Made by a program: the position numbers and the translations under genes. From positions 11,346,001 through 11,410,000 of the forward strand of contig NC_082731.1 of the NCBI RefSeq assembly GCF_030144855.1: 64,000 nt of DNA, in the 5' to 3' direction. Below, piece after piece: positions 49,440 to 63,006 of this stretch; position 1 is the stretch's first letter, and each line of letters begins with the position of its first letter. The notes beneath the pieces were generated by a model. That model was not told the origin of the DNA. It made no database searches and saw nothing but the letters and a program-made list of their open reading frames with translations. This DNA is from Hypanus sabinus. Taxonomy: Eukaryota.

Positions 49440-51955
49440 GGGCCCTGTTATTGATCAGATTACAAAGTAATGTCAGAATTGTAATAGGGAACTTAAATAT
49501 GTAAGGAGATTGGGACAAATCAGCTTAATCCAGAGCACAAGAGAGGAAATGCGTTCAATGCCTACGGGATTGCATTTTAGAGTAGTTTGTGATTGAGCCT
49601 ACTTGGGCTAAGCCTATCTTAGACTGGGTGTTGTGTAAGAATCCAGATTTTATTTAGGAGTTTAAGGTAAAGGAACTATTAGGGAAGGGTGATCATAATA
49701 TATTTGAGTTCAGACTGCTGTTTTAGAGGACAACGTGTAAGTCAGATGTAACAGTATTGCAATGGAATAAAGGGAATTACTGAGACATGATAGAGGAGCT
49801 TTCCCAGGTGGAATGGAGGGGGATACTGGTGGGGATGATGGCAGAGTAGAGGTAGCTGAAGTTTCTGGGAATAGTGCAAAAGGCGTAGGATAGGTATGTC
49901 CCACAGAAGACGTAGTTCCCAAGTGGCAAGAGTAGGCAGCCATGGCTGACAGGGAAAGTTAAGGGCAGCACAAAAAAATAAGAAAAGTGCATTTGATGTA
50001 ACAAAAGTGAGTCAGAAGTCAGGTGACTGGGAAGTTTTAAAAATTCAACAAAAGACAACTAAAAATATCTGTAAGAGGAGAAACAAGTGAAATATGAGGG
50101 CAAACTAGCCAATAAAGCAAGATACCAGAAGTTTCTTTTCAGTTATATGAAGAGTAAATGGGGAGTGAGAGTTGATATTGGACCACTGGAAAATGATGCC
50201 GGTGAGAGGCAGAAATGGAGGGGTGGGGGGTAAAGAAATGACAAATGAACTTAATGAGTACTTTTCATCTGTCTTCACTGTGCAAGACACGAGTAGAGTG
50301 CCAGAGGTCCGTGAGTGTCAGACAGCAGGAATAAGTGCTATTGCTATTACAAAGGAAAAAGTACTAGGCAAACTGAAAGGTCTTAAGATAGGTCAAACAC
50401 CTGGACCAGATGGACTATATTTTAGAGTTCTGAAAGAGGTAGCTGAAGAGATAGCAGATGCATTGTTCATGATCTTTCAAGAATCATTTGATACTGGCAT
50501 AGTTCCGGAGCACTGGAAAAATTCAAGTGTCACTACTGTTTTAAGAAAGAAGGAAGGGAAAATAAAGGAAATTATAGGACAATTAGCTGAAACTCAGTGG
50601 CTGTGAAAGTGTTGGAGTCCACTATTAAGTTTGAGGTTGAGGTGTACTTGGTGACTTATAATAAAATAAGTCAAAGTCAGCATGGTTGCTGCAATGGGAA
50701 ATTTTGCCTGAGAAATCTGTTAGAGTTCTTCAAGGAAGGAACAAGCAGGGTGGATAATGAAGAGGCAGTGGATTCCATTTACTTGGATTTTCAGAAGGCT
50801 GCATAATGAGATAGACTCCCATGCAGAAAAGATACTGGCATGGATATAGAAATGACTGAAAGGCAGGAGGCAGCAAGATGGGAATAAAGGGGGCCTTTTC
50901 TGGCTTGCTGCTCTTGACCAGTTGTGTTAACTCAGGTGTAAGTATTGGGACCACTACTTTTCACATTCCTTCTCAGTGATATATATCATGGAATTAATGG
51001 CTTTGTGACAAAGTTTGCAGATGATATGAAGACAGGTGGCAGGGTGGGGGGTGAGGTAGATGGTGCCGAGAAATCAATGTGATTTCAGCAGGACTTAGAC
51101 AAATTGGAAGAATGGGCAAAAGAGTGGCAGATGGAATACAGTATTCTTAAATGTATGACAATGTATTTTGCTAAAAGGAACAGAAGTGCAGACTATTATC
51201 TAAATGGGGAGAAAATTCAAATATCAGAGATCCAAGTGGACTCAGGAGTCCTCGTGCAAGTCTCCAAAAAGGTTAAGTTACAGCTTGAGTCTGTGATTAA
51301 GAAGGCATATGCAATGTTGACAGACATGTCATTTTATATTTTAAAATATAAAAAATGAGGAGATAATGCTGAGGCTTTATTCAACACTAGTCAGGCCATA
51401 CATGGAGTATTGTCACTGGTTTTGGGCCCCCTATCTCAGAAAGGATGAGTTGTCATTGGAGAGAATCCAGAGGAGGTTCACATGAATGATTTCAGAAATG
51501 AATGGGTTAACATATAAAGAACGTTTGGCATCGTTGGGCCTGTACTCACTAAAACTCAGAAGAATGCATGTGGATCCCATTGAAACCTACAGAATGTTGA
51601 AAGGTCTAGATAAGGAGGGATGGATATCGGAGAGAACATTCCCCATGGTGGTGTACAGAATTAAAGGGCATAGTCTCAAAAATTGAGCGGCAACCCAACC
51701 CTTTAGAACAGAGGTAAGGAAGACTTGTCTTAGCCAGAGAGTAGTGAATATACAGAATACTTTGCTGCAGACAACTGTGGACGTCAAGACCGTGGGTATA
51801 TTTAGAAAGAAAATTGATAGTCTCCTGATTGGTCAGGACATCGGAGATTATGGCGAGGAGGTTAGTATTGGTTCAAGTGGGATCTGGGATTAGCCATGAT
51901 GGAATGGCAGAGAGGACTCAATGGGCTGAATGGCCCAATTATACTGCTATCTATC
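49440..51955 (+). mobile_element. CR1 LINE, degraded ORF2
   Basis: PGPDGLYFRVLKEVAEEIA, RNLLEFF, YLDFQKA, MEEWAKEWQMEY fragments and 3' UTR. Confidence 0.88.
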
Positions 51956-52129
51956 AAACACGAGGAAATCTGCAGATGCTGTAAATTCAAACCACACAGC
52001 CAAAATGCTGGTGGAACACAGCAGGCCAGGCAGGATCTATAAGGAGAAGCATTGTTGAGGTTTTGGGCCGAGACCCTTCGTCAATTGATTCAATTCTGCG
52101 TGGCACTATAAATGTGCACCTTGGAACAG

Positions 52130-52900
52130 GGAACAGTTCAGGCCTTGGACCAAGATGTTGTGTTGACCTATATAAACCCACTAAATGATCAATCATACTG
52201 CTCCCTCTTACACAGCCCATAACCCTCCATTTTTTTACACCTGTAGCCCTATCTGCGAGTCTCTTAAATGTTCCTATTGTATATGGCTTTACGAGGACCA
52301 TAGCAAACAGTTACATGCACCGAGCACTCGCTGTGTAAACAAAAAATCTATTTTGATATCTCCTCTAGGGTTTACTCTCAGACATCGATACCTCTCTGTT
52401 CCTCTTCACCTCTAAATATCCTGTCATTAACCCTGTGCTTTCTTCAAGTTCAACCTTTCAAAGTGTATCACTTCTCACTTTTCTGGATTGATCCCCATTT
52501 GCTATTTCATTATGCATCCTGCCTCTATCTTATTGTAAAGTATGACAACAATGTACACCATAAATAACATATGTCTGTGACACCTGCAGATCTACTAAGA
52601 CACCCTTTCACTTCCTTGTCCATTTAATTTATAAACCTCACACAGAACAACCCTTGCAAAACACTACCCAACACCAACCTCCAGAAAGAAAACTCTCCAT
52701 CTTCTTCCATTCTCTGCCTTCTGCCGGCAAGACAATTCGAATCCATGCAGTCAGGTTTCCTTGGATTCCATATCTCATGTCATTCTGTAAAAAGCCTGCT
52801 TGGGGAACCTTATCAAACACTTTCCAAAATTCATGTAAACCACATTCACTATTTTACCTTCATAGATTTTTTAACCTCTTTCAGAACCTGAGTCTTGCTC
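52130..52900 (-). mobile_element. CR1 fragments
   Basis: MFDKVP...YGIQGNLTAWI and a CR1 3' tail on the minus strand. Confidence 0.7.
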
Positions 52901-53407
52901 ATGAGGCATGATCATCCCCATACAAAAGTGTGAAGCTTTGAGATTTAAATTCCACTACATCTTGTTGTGACCAAAAATTATGAACCATTTGCATGAAAAT
53001 AGCATTGCATTTTAAACTTTATTCCCCTTGCTTTTTTCAAGATTTTGTGACTGGAAATTTCTGACTTTGACTTTCAGGTGACGATATTTGATAGTTGTTT
53101 CAATAAAAGTGCAATAATTGTAACAAAAGTCTTATAATATTCGATGGTGTATTACAAAGTGTATCAAAATCAACAATTTACATAATTGAGCTCTCAATTA
53201 GTTGGGAAGTTACAGATTCAATTTCTTTGACAGTGACGAGCAAACAAATTAATTACTTTATTAACATTATTGCTAAGGGAACAGTCATCAATAAAATTAA
53301 TTATGCTAGTTTATTAGTACTGTTCTTTTGGAATGCGTCCAATTCTCCAGAATATGATTTGATTGGTCTTCGGCCTCAAAGAAAGTTGTTTGTATGATTG
53401 AAATCTC

Positions 53408-54090
53408 TAATCTATTTCCTTTTCTCAACATACAGGTTTAATTAGCATTCTGAGTAAATGAGACAGAATTTCCAGTGGTTAAAAAGCAGTCCATGAGCAT
53501 TTTATTGCATTCCCTTTGTTGACATTTTGACAGTAACATGTTTCAAGTAAAAGACAAATAGTATCAGTTATACCAGCAACAAGCATATAACCTATTGCCG
53601 AGATAATATATTTTCCCATGATTTGGGACCTCAGGTGATTCAACACAAGTTCTTGCTTGACGGGCAACAGGATCAGAGTTTAGCTTCTTCTGGGTTTCAA
53701 CGATGCTGAATGGTTTTCATCCTGGCATAAAGGAATTGGGATGTTATTCCTGCTACTATGGTGGGAGTACGTGTGCTCCATCAGGTTGTGTTATTTAAAC
53801 AGCTGTACAGGGAGCCAGTACTTGCGCAGATAATTGATCCATCTCAAGGCCATCACCTTTTTCTATTAGAAATGTAAAAACTTTCCAATCAAATTGGTCT
53901 ACCGATGTAAGTAAAGAACAGAGAGATGCATACAAGCACTATATTGCTCTTCCAATGTGAGCAGACTGGCAGGTTTCGAGTTACTGTAATGCAATTTTCT
54001 GCCCATGGTGAATGCCACAACCCCTGACCACTCTATTCCCTGACTGAGATGAAAGGACGCAGGGAAGATAGGACCGAGAAACATATTCAG
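53408..54090. repeat. Diverged paralogous block B (matches ~4715-5450)
   Basis: Same anchors and orientation as block A; block A has an extra ~80 nt at ~4760-4840. Confidence 0.85.
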
Positions 54091-54922
54091 AGATAACGTG
54101 ATTATAGGCTAAACATTCCAGATGGGAACACATTGCATATTGTGGCCTCTGCATACTGTGGAAGTCACGGTAAGGCAAGCATTAAATGCAACATCCAGTA
54201 CAGGATGACTACGGCAGTGCTTAGTCAAATTTTTAAAGTGACACACGCAAAATGCCAAAGGAACTCAGCAGGCCAGGCAGCATCTATGGAAAAAAAAAGA
54301 GTACAGTCGATATTTTGGGCCGAGACCGTTCATCAGTGTCCTGTACACTTTTCCATAGACCGCCGGCACCAATATTGTCAATGCAGACAGATAGGTGAGA
54401 ATGAATGTGGCAGTGGGTAATTAGCCTTGAACACAGATTCTCTTTATACGGTAGTGGATGCCTGAGACAGATGAGATTATAAAAACAGAATGATGTGAAA
54501 TACACCCAAAAAATAAGGGGCAATCAAAATATCATCAGTTGTTTCAAATTACTTTTCATACAATTAAGAATGTTAACTACATTGTATGGGTTGGAATGGA
54601 CTAAGTGAGTGTCTACAGCCATTGTTAGAGAAAGGAAAATGTGGTAAGGCTATAGATTGTTGAATGTAGATGTGAAATGTGAAAACATTGAGATGAATCT
54701 TGTAAAAAAAGACAATGTGAGTAAAAGCTAGAAAATTAAAAAGCAGAGGAAGAACAGGCAAAAGATGTGTCTACCTCTGTTTCAAAACAAATAATTAGCA
54801 CCAGATTCTGAAGATGAACTAGGCGTTGTACCCTTGACTTCTCTTTGCACTGATTCAACAAGGGCATGCCAAATGTTGCCTCTTGATTACTCGGTGAGGC
54901 TGGCATTATTGGAGTATAAATT

Positions 54923-55125
54923 TTGGTCAATTCTGAGTTTGCTATTTGCTATGCATGTATCCTAAAAATGTAGAAGACAATGGTGTGTTAATGAGATGTA
55001 GCTAAAGAGATGTAGATTAGAACATTGGTCAGTTCTGAGTTTGCTATTTGCTATGCATGTATCCTAAAAATGTAGAAGACAATGGTGTGTTAATGAGAGG
55101 TAGCTAAGAGATGTAGATTAGAACA
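54923..55125 (+). repeat. ~102-bp direct tandem duplication within an LTR-like segment
   Basis: ttggtca(a/g)ttctgagtttgctatttgc...gatgtagattagaaca at 54923-55024 and 55025-55125. Downstream TATAAAAA, ATTAAA and a ...cacgaCA end at ~55346 look LTR-like. Confidence 0.85.
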
Positions 55126-55857
55126 TGATTAAGTCAATGGGTAAAAACAATAGTGTACGCGTGATATGCAACTATAGACCGATTACATATGCTAATGCAA
55201 CTGGACCAGGAGTTTGCTATAAAAATTGCTGGGTCCGACTAGCTCAATGACTGTCTCCGCTTTGATTTGCAAATTAAAGTTTAACCCTTCTTGAGGAATC
55301 TTCTGTGTCTCCTGCTCATTTGTGGGGCACAAGAAACCACGACAGCATCAGCCTGCATCCTGCCACAGGAGCCTGTTCCTAACAGTACAATTGGAGATGG
55401 GAGGCAAAGGGATGCAAAGGGGATGAGCGAACTGTTACTTCAAATGTAGCTTGAACTGATGTACTTCTCAATGGAGCTGAAAGAAAATGTGTCCCTCACT
55501 GTAGATTGCGGTGTCCAATAGGAGACAATAGTGTTAATTAATGTGTGGAAGGTGTGCATATTTTTTTTCAAATGTATTACAGATGGTTCCAGAAGTAGGG
55601 ACGCCAGTCCTAACAAAACTCCTCTCAGCAGCTATGTACAAGGACCCATAAGAAGTAAACATGTAAACCAATACTTTGAATATGAAATAAAGTTTGAAGA
55701 GCTTCCAGCAGTACATCTACCCTACTGCTAGAATAACCTGTTTTAATACCGGTCAAAGCCGAAAAAGAATTTGAACAACCTTGAGCACATAGATATAGCT
55801 TGAGCATGTAGATATTAAAAAAGAGGATGTCCTGGAGCTTTTGTAAAGCATCAAGTT

Positions 55858-57020
55858 GGAATTCTCGAAATTCCTCCAACTCCTCCGCATCTGCTCTCAG
55901 AATGAAGCTTTTCGGTCCAGGACGAAGGAGCTGTCTTCATTTTATAAAGAAAGGGGCTTCCCTTCCTCCACCATCAACTCTGCTCTGAAACACATCTCTC
56001 CCATTTCACACACATCTGCTCTCATCCTGTCCTTCTGCCACCCACTAGGGATAGGATTCCCCTTGTCTTCACCTACCATTCGACCAGCCTCCAGGTGAAA
56101 CATACAATTCTCTGTAACTTCCGCCACCTCCAACGGGATCGCACCACTAAGCACATCTTTCGCTCTCCCCCTCTTTCTGCTTTCCGCAGGGATCGCTCAC
56201 TACATGACTCCCTTGTCTATTTGTCCTCCCCCAACCCTTCCCACAAAACTCCCTCCTGGTACTTATCCTTTTAAGTGGAACAAGTGCAACACATGCCCTT
56301 ACACTTCCTCCCTCACCACAATTCAGTGCCCCAGACAGTCCTTTCAGGTGAGGTGACACTTCATCTGTGAGTCGGCTGGTGTGATATACGGCATCTGGTG
56401 TCCCGGTGCAGCCTTTTATATATTGGTGAGACTCGATGCAGAATAGGAGACCATTTCGCTGAACACCTATGCTCTGTCCTCCAGAGAAAGCAGGATTTCC
56501 CAGTGGCCACACATTTTAATTCCACGTCCCTTTCTCATTCTGATATGTCAATCCATGGCCTCCTCTGCTCTTAAGATGAACTCCTTATATTCCATTTGGG
56601 TATCCTCCAACCTGATGGCATGAACATTGATTTCTCTAATTTCCGTTAATGACCCTCCTCCCCTTCTTACCACATCCCTTATTTATTTACTTTCCGTTTT
56701 TTTCCCTCTTTTTTTCTCTCTCCTCCCTGCTCACAATAACTCCTTGCCTGCTCTCCATCTTCCTCTAGTGCTCCCCTCCCCCTTTCTTTCTCCCAGATCT
56801 CCCGTCCCATGACCCTCTCCCTTCTCCAGCTGTGTATCCCTCTTGCCAATCAACTTTCCAGCTCTTAGCTTCATCCCTCCCCCTCCTGTCTTCTCCTATC
56901 ATTTCAGATCTTCCCCTTCTCCTTTTGAATCTCTTAATATCTCTTCTTTCATTTATCCTGATGTCGACTGTACTTCTTCCTATGGATGCTGCTTGGCCTG
57001 TTGCATCTCAGCAGATTTTG
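55858..57020 (+). mobile_element. Penelope-like retroelement 3' part (RT C-terminus and GIY-YIG remnant)
   Basis: FLQLLRICSQNEAFRSRT...KERGFP, then ttcatctgtgagtcggctggtgtgatatac...tatattggtgagactcga (FICESAGVIY...YIGETR, GIY-YIG) and terminal repeat. Confidence 0.88.
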
Positions 57021-57029
57021 TGTGTTTTT

Positions 57030-58690
57030 CTGGAAGTTGGATAAGTCGCCAGGACCAGATCAGATATACCCCAGGCTACTGTGGGAGGCAAGGGAGGAGA
57101 CTGCTGAGCCACTGGTGATGATCTTGGTATTATCGATTTTAATGGGAGAGGTTCTGGAGGATGGCGGATGTTGCTTCCTTATTCCAGAAAGGAAGTAGGA
57201 GATTATAGACCAGTGAGTCTCCCGTCAGTGGTTGGTAAGTTGATGGAGAAGATCCTGAGAGACAGGATTTATGAATATTTGGAGATATGATTAGGAATAG
57301 TCAGCATGGTTTTGTCAAGGGCAGGTTGTCAAGGTTTTGTCAAGGGTAAGTTGATGGAGAAGATCCTGAGAGACAGGATTTATGAATATTTGGAGATATG
57401 ATTAGGAATAGTCAGCATGGTTTTGTCAAGGGCAGGTTGTGCCTTATGAGCCTGATTAAATTTTTTGAAGTGTGACTAAACACATTGACGAAGGAAGAGC
57501 AGTAGCCGTAGATGCAGTATATGGATTTCAGCAAGGCATTTGAAAAGGTAACCCAGCAAGGCGTAATGAGAAAGTAAGGAGACATGGGATCCAAGGGACT
57601 TTGCTTTGTGGATCCAGAACTGGCTCGCCCACAGAAAGCAAAGAGTGGTTGTGGATGGGTCATATTCTGCATGGAGTTCAGTAACCAGTGGTGTGCCTCA
57701 GACATCTATTCTGGGACCCTTACTCTTCGTGACTTTTATAAATGATCTAGATGAGGGATGGGTTAGTAAATATGCTAATGACACAAAGGTTGGAGGTGTT
57801 GTAGATAGTGTGGAGTACTGTCAGAGTTTACAGCGGGACATTGATAGGATGCAAAACTGGGCTGAGAAGTGGCAGATGGAGTTCAACCCAGATAAGTGTG
57901 AAGTGGTTCATTTTGGTAGGTCAAATATGATTGCAGAATATCGTATTAATGGCAAGACTCTTAGAGGTGTGGAGGACCACAGGGGTTTTGGGGTCCGAGT
58001 CTATAGGGTGATCAAAGCAGCTGTGCAGGTTGACTCTAGTTAAGAAGGCATTCTGTGTATTGGCCTTCATTAATCATGGAATTGAATTTAGGAGCCGAGA
58101 GGTAATGTTGAAGCTGTATAGGACTCTGGTGAGACCCCACTTAGAGTACTGCGCTCATTTCTGGTAGCCTCACTACAGGAAGGATTTGGAAACCACAGAA
58201 AGGTTGCAGAGAAGATTTACAAGGATGTTTCCTGGATTGGGGGGCATGCCTTATGAAAGCAGGTTGAATGAACTCGGCCTTTTCTCCTTGGAGCGACGGA
58301 GGATGAGAGGTGACCTTATAGAGGTGTATAAGATGATAAACGGCATGGATCATGTGGATAGTCACAGGCTTTTTCCCAGGACTGAAATGGCTGCCACAAC
58401 GGGGCACAGGTTTAAGGTCCTTGGTAGTAGGTACAGAGGAGATGTCAGGGGTTAGCTTCTTTTAAGCAGAGAGTGATGGTGAGTGCGTGGAATGGGCTGC
58501 CGGAAATGGTGGTGGAGGTGGATACGATAGGGTCTTTTAAGGGCCTTTTGTATAGGTACATGGAGCTTAGAAAAATAGGGGGCTATGTGTAACCCTAGTA
58601 ATTTCAAAGGCAGGGACATGTTCAGCACAACTTTGTGGGCCGAAAGTGCTGTACAATATTGTGCTGTAGGTTTTCTATGTTTCCGTGACT
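57030..58690 (+). mobile_element. CR1 RT fragment with an internal 96-bp duplication
   Basis: VTSGVPQTSILGPLLF, KYANDTK, WQMEFNPDKCEV; duplicated segment at 57234-57329 and 57345-57440. Confidence 0.9.
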
Positions 58691-60360
58691 CAAATTATAA
58701 CTTTGCAAGGGCAGTTGCCTCCACTCCCTGCAAGTCAAAAATAATGGCAACCAATTCTACTGTTAATACTGAGAAATAGTTAGTAAAACGTTTCTTGATT
58801 GCTACCTGTAATTCAGGCACAAAAACAGCAACAACAACATCCCCACTCAAATTACCTTTTGATCCATCAGTGAAAAAAATGGTAAACATATAATAATCTT
58901 CCTTAACATATTGATGAATCAACAGACCCTCAGGCATCTCTGGATCCTTAGACTTCTTTAAATCATGCAACATAATTTCAACTAAAATCATTTGAATAAA
59001 ACAAGGTGGAGTTACCGAGAAAGCTGCGGTGGGACATAATTTATAATTTAGCAGACCCATATTCAGAGCATGAGAAGAAAAACTAAAAATGCAAAATTAA
59101 AAACACTCCCTTCGTGATGTTCCCAATAGTCTTCCAACACATTTTTAACGTCGTGATCATTCCTCTGCCCCCTCAAATTAATCCAGTATGTTACCATCAA
59201 CTTCAACCTCCGTAACTGTAAGGGTAATTATCCCATTTCAACCAGTAAAGCTTAAACAGGAAACAAGCTTACTCCGCCACAACACAATCTTAAAGCCTGT
59301 GGTTGTATCAGATCCAAACATTTTAAATTTGAAGATGACGCTGATCCATAAGCCACACAGCCATAATCAAGTACTGATCCAATTGATCAAATGTACATGG
59401 TCAATGGAGATTTTCATGTAGCACACCAAGAATATCCACATAGACACCGGACGAGATTTAATGTCCCTTTACATTTCTCAATTATTTAATTGATATGGTA
59501 CTTTCATGTCTGATTATTGTCCAGCCACATGCCAAGAAATCCTATCACTGACACTTCAAGAGTTTGACTATATAACTTCCAATTAAGTACATGTTTGTTG
59601 ATCCTCTTAGTAAAATATACAACTTGTGTTTTAGCTACTGAAAGCTTTAAACCTCAAATCTATTTGCCCACTGTTCATCCTTATTAATTGCTAATTCTTG
59701 CTTAGCCAGGGCATCAAAGTGTATGGGGAGTAGGCAAGGGAGTTGGGATGACGGGAAGAATTGGATCAGCCGTGATTGAATGGCAGACCAGACTCAATGG
59801 GCTGAATGGCCTACTGCTGCTCCTGTATCTTATGGTTTTATATAGGAAAATGATCACTTCCAATATTTGATCTCTCATGAGATCTGTCACTCAGTCCAGC
59901 CGGAATGATCGAAACTAATGTTAAATATATAGCAGTTTCAGAACTGTTATGAATATTAAGTTGCATTCCCCTCCCATCATTAAGACACAAGACGTAAAAT
60001 ATCTAAAATTACTTCTACAATCAAACCATTGCCATTATTCTGCAAACAACCCCACAGTAACTATCTGCATTAAAATCCTCACACCATTCGACCCTTAGTG
60101 AGCTAGAACTACCTGTGCTTTCCAACAAAATCGAGGGCTTTTTATAAGGGTTGTAAGAATTTACCACTTTAATGCCCCTACTTGTTGAATCAAATACTTC
60201 TTCTCCAAGTGCCTCATATAATTCATTTTCGTCCACAACTCTATGTCTTATCATTTTCATTATAATACTTGTAACACCACCCTTTCTACCAACCAGTCTA
60301 TTATACCTAATAATCCTGTAAGGGAAAAAAACCTTAAATGTAGTAACAACCAGGTTTCCT
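58690..60360 (-). mobile_element. Nimb/I-clade LINE remnants including an RNase H domain
   Basis: FFTDGSK...SVLTVELVAII (RNase H), VLDYGCVAYGSAS-like RT C-terminus (59190-59420) and NSYNP...WCEDFNA (APE-like). Interrupted by a CR1 3' piece at ~59700-59850. Confidence 0.7.
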
Positions 60361-60397
60361 GAATGTATTTGATAAATGTTATAAATCAAAAATAAAC

Positions 60398-63006
60398 TTC
60401 TTTTTCAATCTTTTTATTAATATCAACATGATAATATTAATACATAGTTATTGGGATTACAAAATTACAAAATTAAAATGAACATAAAAGGATACACAAA
60501 CAATAAGTACAATATAGTTAAGTCTTCCCAAATCATGAATGATACAACTAACAAAGAATCGAAAGAACAAAAAAACTAGGTATATCATGTTGAAAAAAAA
60601 CAGAAAAGAGAAAAAGATAAAACGAATATTATTACCCTAAGAAAAACTAATCTAACAAACTAACCACTAACTAATAAAGAGAAAAAAAGAAAAAAAAAGA
60701 AGTGGAAAAAATGGGCTGTTTATAGTATCTATAAAAAGACAAAGAATCATCAGTGTCCCCAACTCCAATCCTCTCAACATAAATATAATCAAAATCGGAA
60801 AAACAAATAGGATTGGAACAGGGTCGAATTGCATCATGCGAAAATATTGAATAAATGGCCTCCAAGTCTTTTCAAATTTAATAGAATTTAATAAATTTAA
60901 TATATGACACTTCTAATTTTTTCCAAATTTAGACATATCATAGTTTCAGAAAACCAATGAAATATGGTGGGGGGATTAGTTTCTTTCTAATTCAACAAAA
61001 TAGATCTTCTAGCCATTAATGTAAGGAATGCAATCATCCGACAAGCAGAAGAAGATAAATGAATTGACTCTGTCATTGGTAAACCAAAGATTACAGTAAT
61101 AGGCTGAGGTTGTACATTAATGTTCAATACCGTGGAAATAATATCGAAAATGCCTTTCCAATATTTTTTCAAAAGCGAACATGACCAAAACATATGAGTT
61201 AAAGAAGCTATCTCAGAATGACATCTGTCACATATAGGATTTACATGGGAATAAAAATGAGCCGATTTATCCTTGGACATATGAGCCCTGTGCACTACTT
61301 TAAACTGTATCAATGAATGTTTAGCACATATAGAGGATAAATTAACTAATTGAAGAATTTTATCCCAATTCTCAATAGGGATAGTAAGGTTAAATTCTCT
61401 TTCCCAATCATTTTTAATCTTATAAAAGGCCTCTGAACGTATTTTCATAATTATATTGTAAACATTTGATATTAAACCTTTCTGAAAAGGATTTAGTTCT
61501 AACAATTTCTTCAAAATACCCGAAGAAACAAGATTTGGAAAGGTAGGAAGTACAGTGTTTAATAAATTCCTAATCTGTACATATTTTAAAAAAAATGAGA
61601 TCTAGTCAAATTATATTTATTATATAATTGTTCAAAAGACATAAAACAATTATCCAAAATAAAATAGAAAATCATAGTATACCTTTAGTCTTCCGAGCTG
61701 AATAAGCTTGGTCCATAATAGAGGGATGAAAAAAGAAATTGGATACAATAGGAATTGCTAAAACAAACTGATTTAACCCAAAAAATTTCCGAAATTGAAA
61801 CCATATACGTAAAGTGTGTTTAACTATTAGATTGTCAATTCGTTTATGCAATTTAGCAAGAGCAAAGGGAAGAGAAGTCCCTAAAATAGAACCCAATGAA
61901 AATCCTTGTACAGATTCAGTTGCCAGATTTACCCATTGAGGGCTAGGAAATAAATCCAAATCCCTTAACCAACAATTCAAATATCGAATATTAATTGCCC
62001 AATAAAAAAACCTAAAATTAGGCAATTCCAATCTACCTTCGTTCTTTGACTTCTGTAAATATCTTTTACCTAATTTTATTCTGCCATATATATAAGGAAA
62101 TTTTTGAATCAACATTGTCAAAAAAGGATTTTGGAATAAAAATTGGTACCGCTTGAAATATATATAAGAACTTGGGTAAAATAATCATTTTAATAGCATT
62201 AATCTGACATATCAGAGATAAAGACTATGGTGTCCATTTAGTAAACAAGCATTTAATCTGATCAATTAAGGGTAAAAAATTAACCTTGAAAAACTCCTTA
62301 GGATTTTTTTGTAATTTTAATCCCTAAGTATATAAAAAAGTCATTAACTAATTTCTAAGGTAAATTTCCATAGATTGGAACCTGTCTATTTAAGGGGAAT
62401 AATTCACTTTTATCAAGATTCAATTTATACCCGGAAAAATGACTAATCTGAGCCAATAATGATATAACTGCAGGAATGGATTTCTCAGGTTCAGAAATGT
62501 ATAATAACAAATCATCTGCGTATAATGATAATTTATGTATATCTATCCCGCGAGTAATGCCAAAAAAGTTAGGTGATTCTCTAATAGAAATTGCCAAAGG
62601 TTCCAGAGCAATATCAAATAATAATGGAATAAGAGGACTGCCTTGACCTTGTACCCTGAAATAAACAAAAAAAGGGAGATCTTTGATTATTAGTAAAAAC
62701 CGAGGCTACTGGAGTATGATATACCAATTTAATCCAGGATATAAATGTCAGACTAAAATTAAACTTCTCAAGCACTGTAAATATATATGGCCATTCAACT
62801 CTATCAAGTGCTTTCTCCGCATCTAATGAAATGACACATTCTGTTGTGTTGCGTGAAGGCGTATAAACAATATTCAATAATCTCCTAATATTGAAAAAAT
62901 AGCGATTTTTAATAAAACCAGTTTCATCCTCCGAGATAATTTGAGGTAATACCTTCTCCAGCCTGGTCGCCAATAACTTGGAAAAGAACTTGGAATCTAC
63001 ATTCAA
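60398..63006 (-). mobile_element. L1-clade LINE, RT-to-3'-end segment
   Basis: LNVDSKFFSKLLATRLEKVLP, ISLDAEKALDRVEW, LSLYADDLLLY, CDRCHSEIASLTHMFWSC; 3' end AATAAAAAGATTGAAAAAGAAG at ~60418-60398. Confidence 0.92.
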
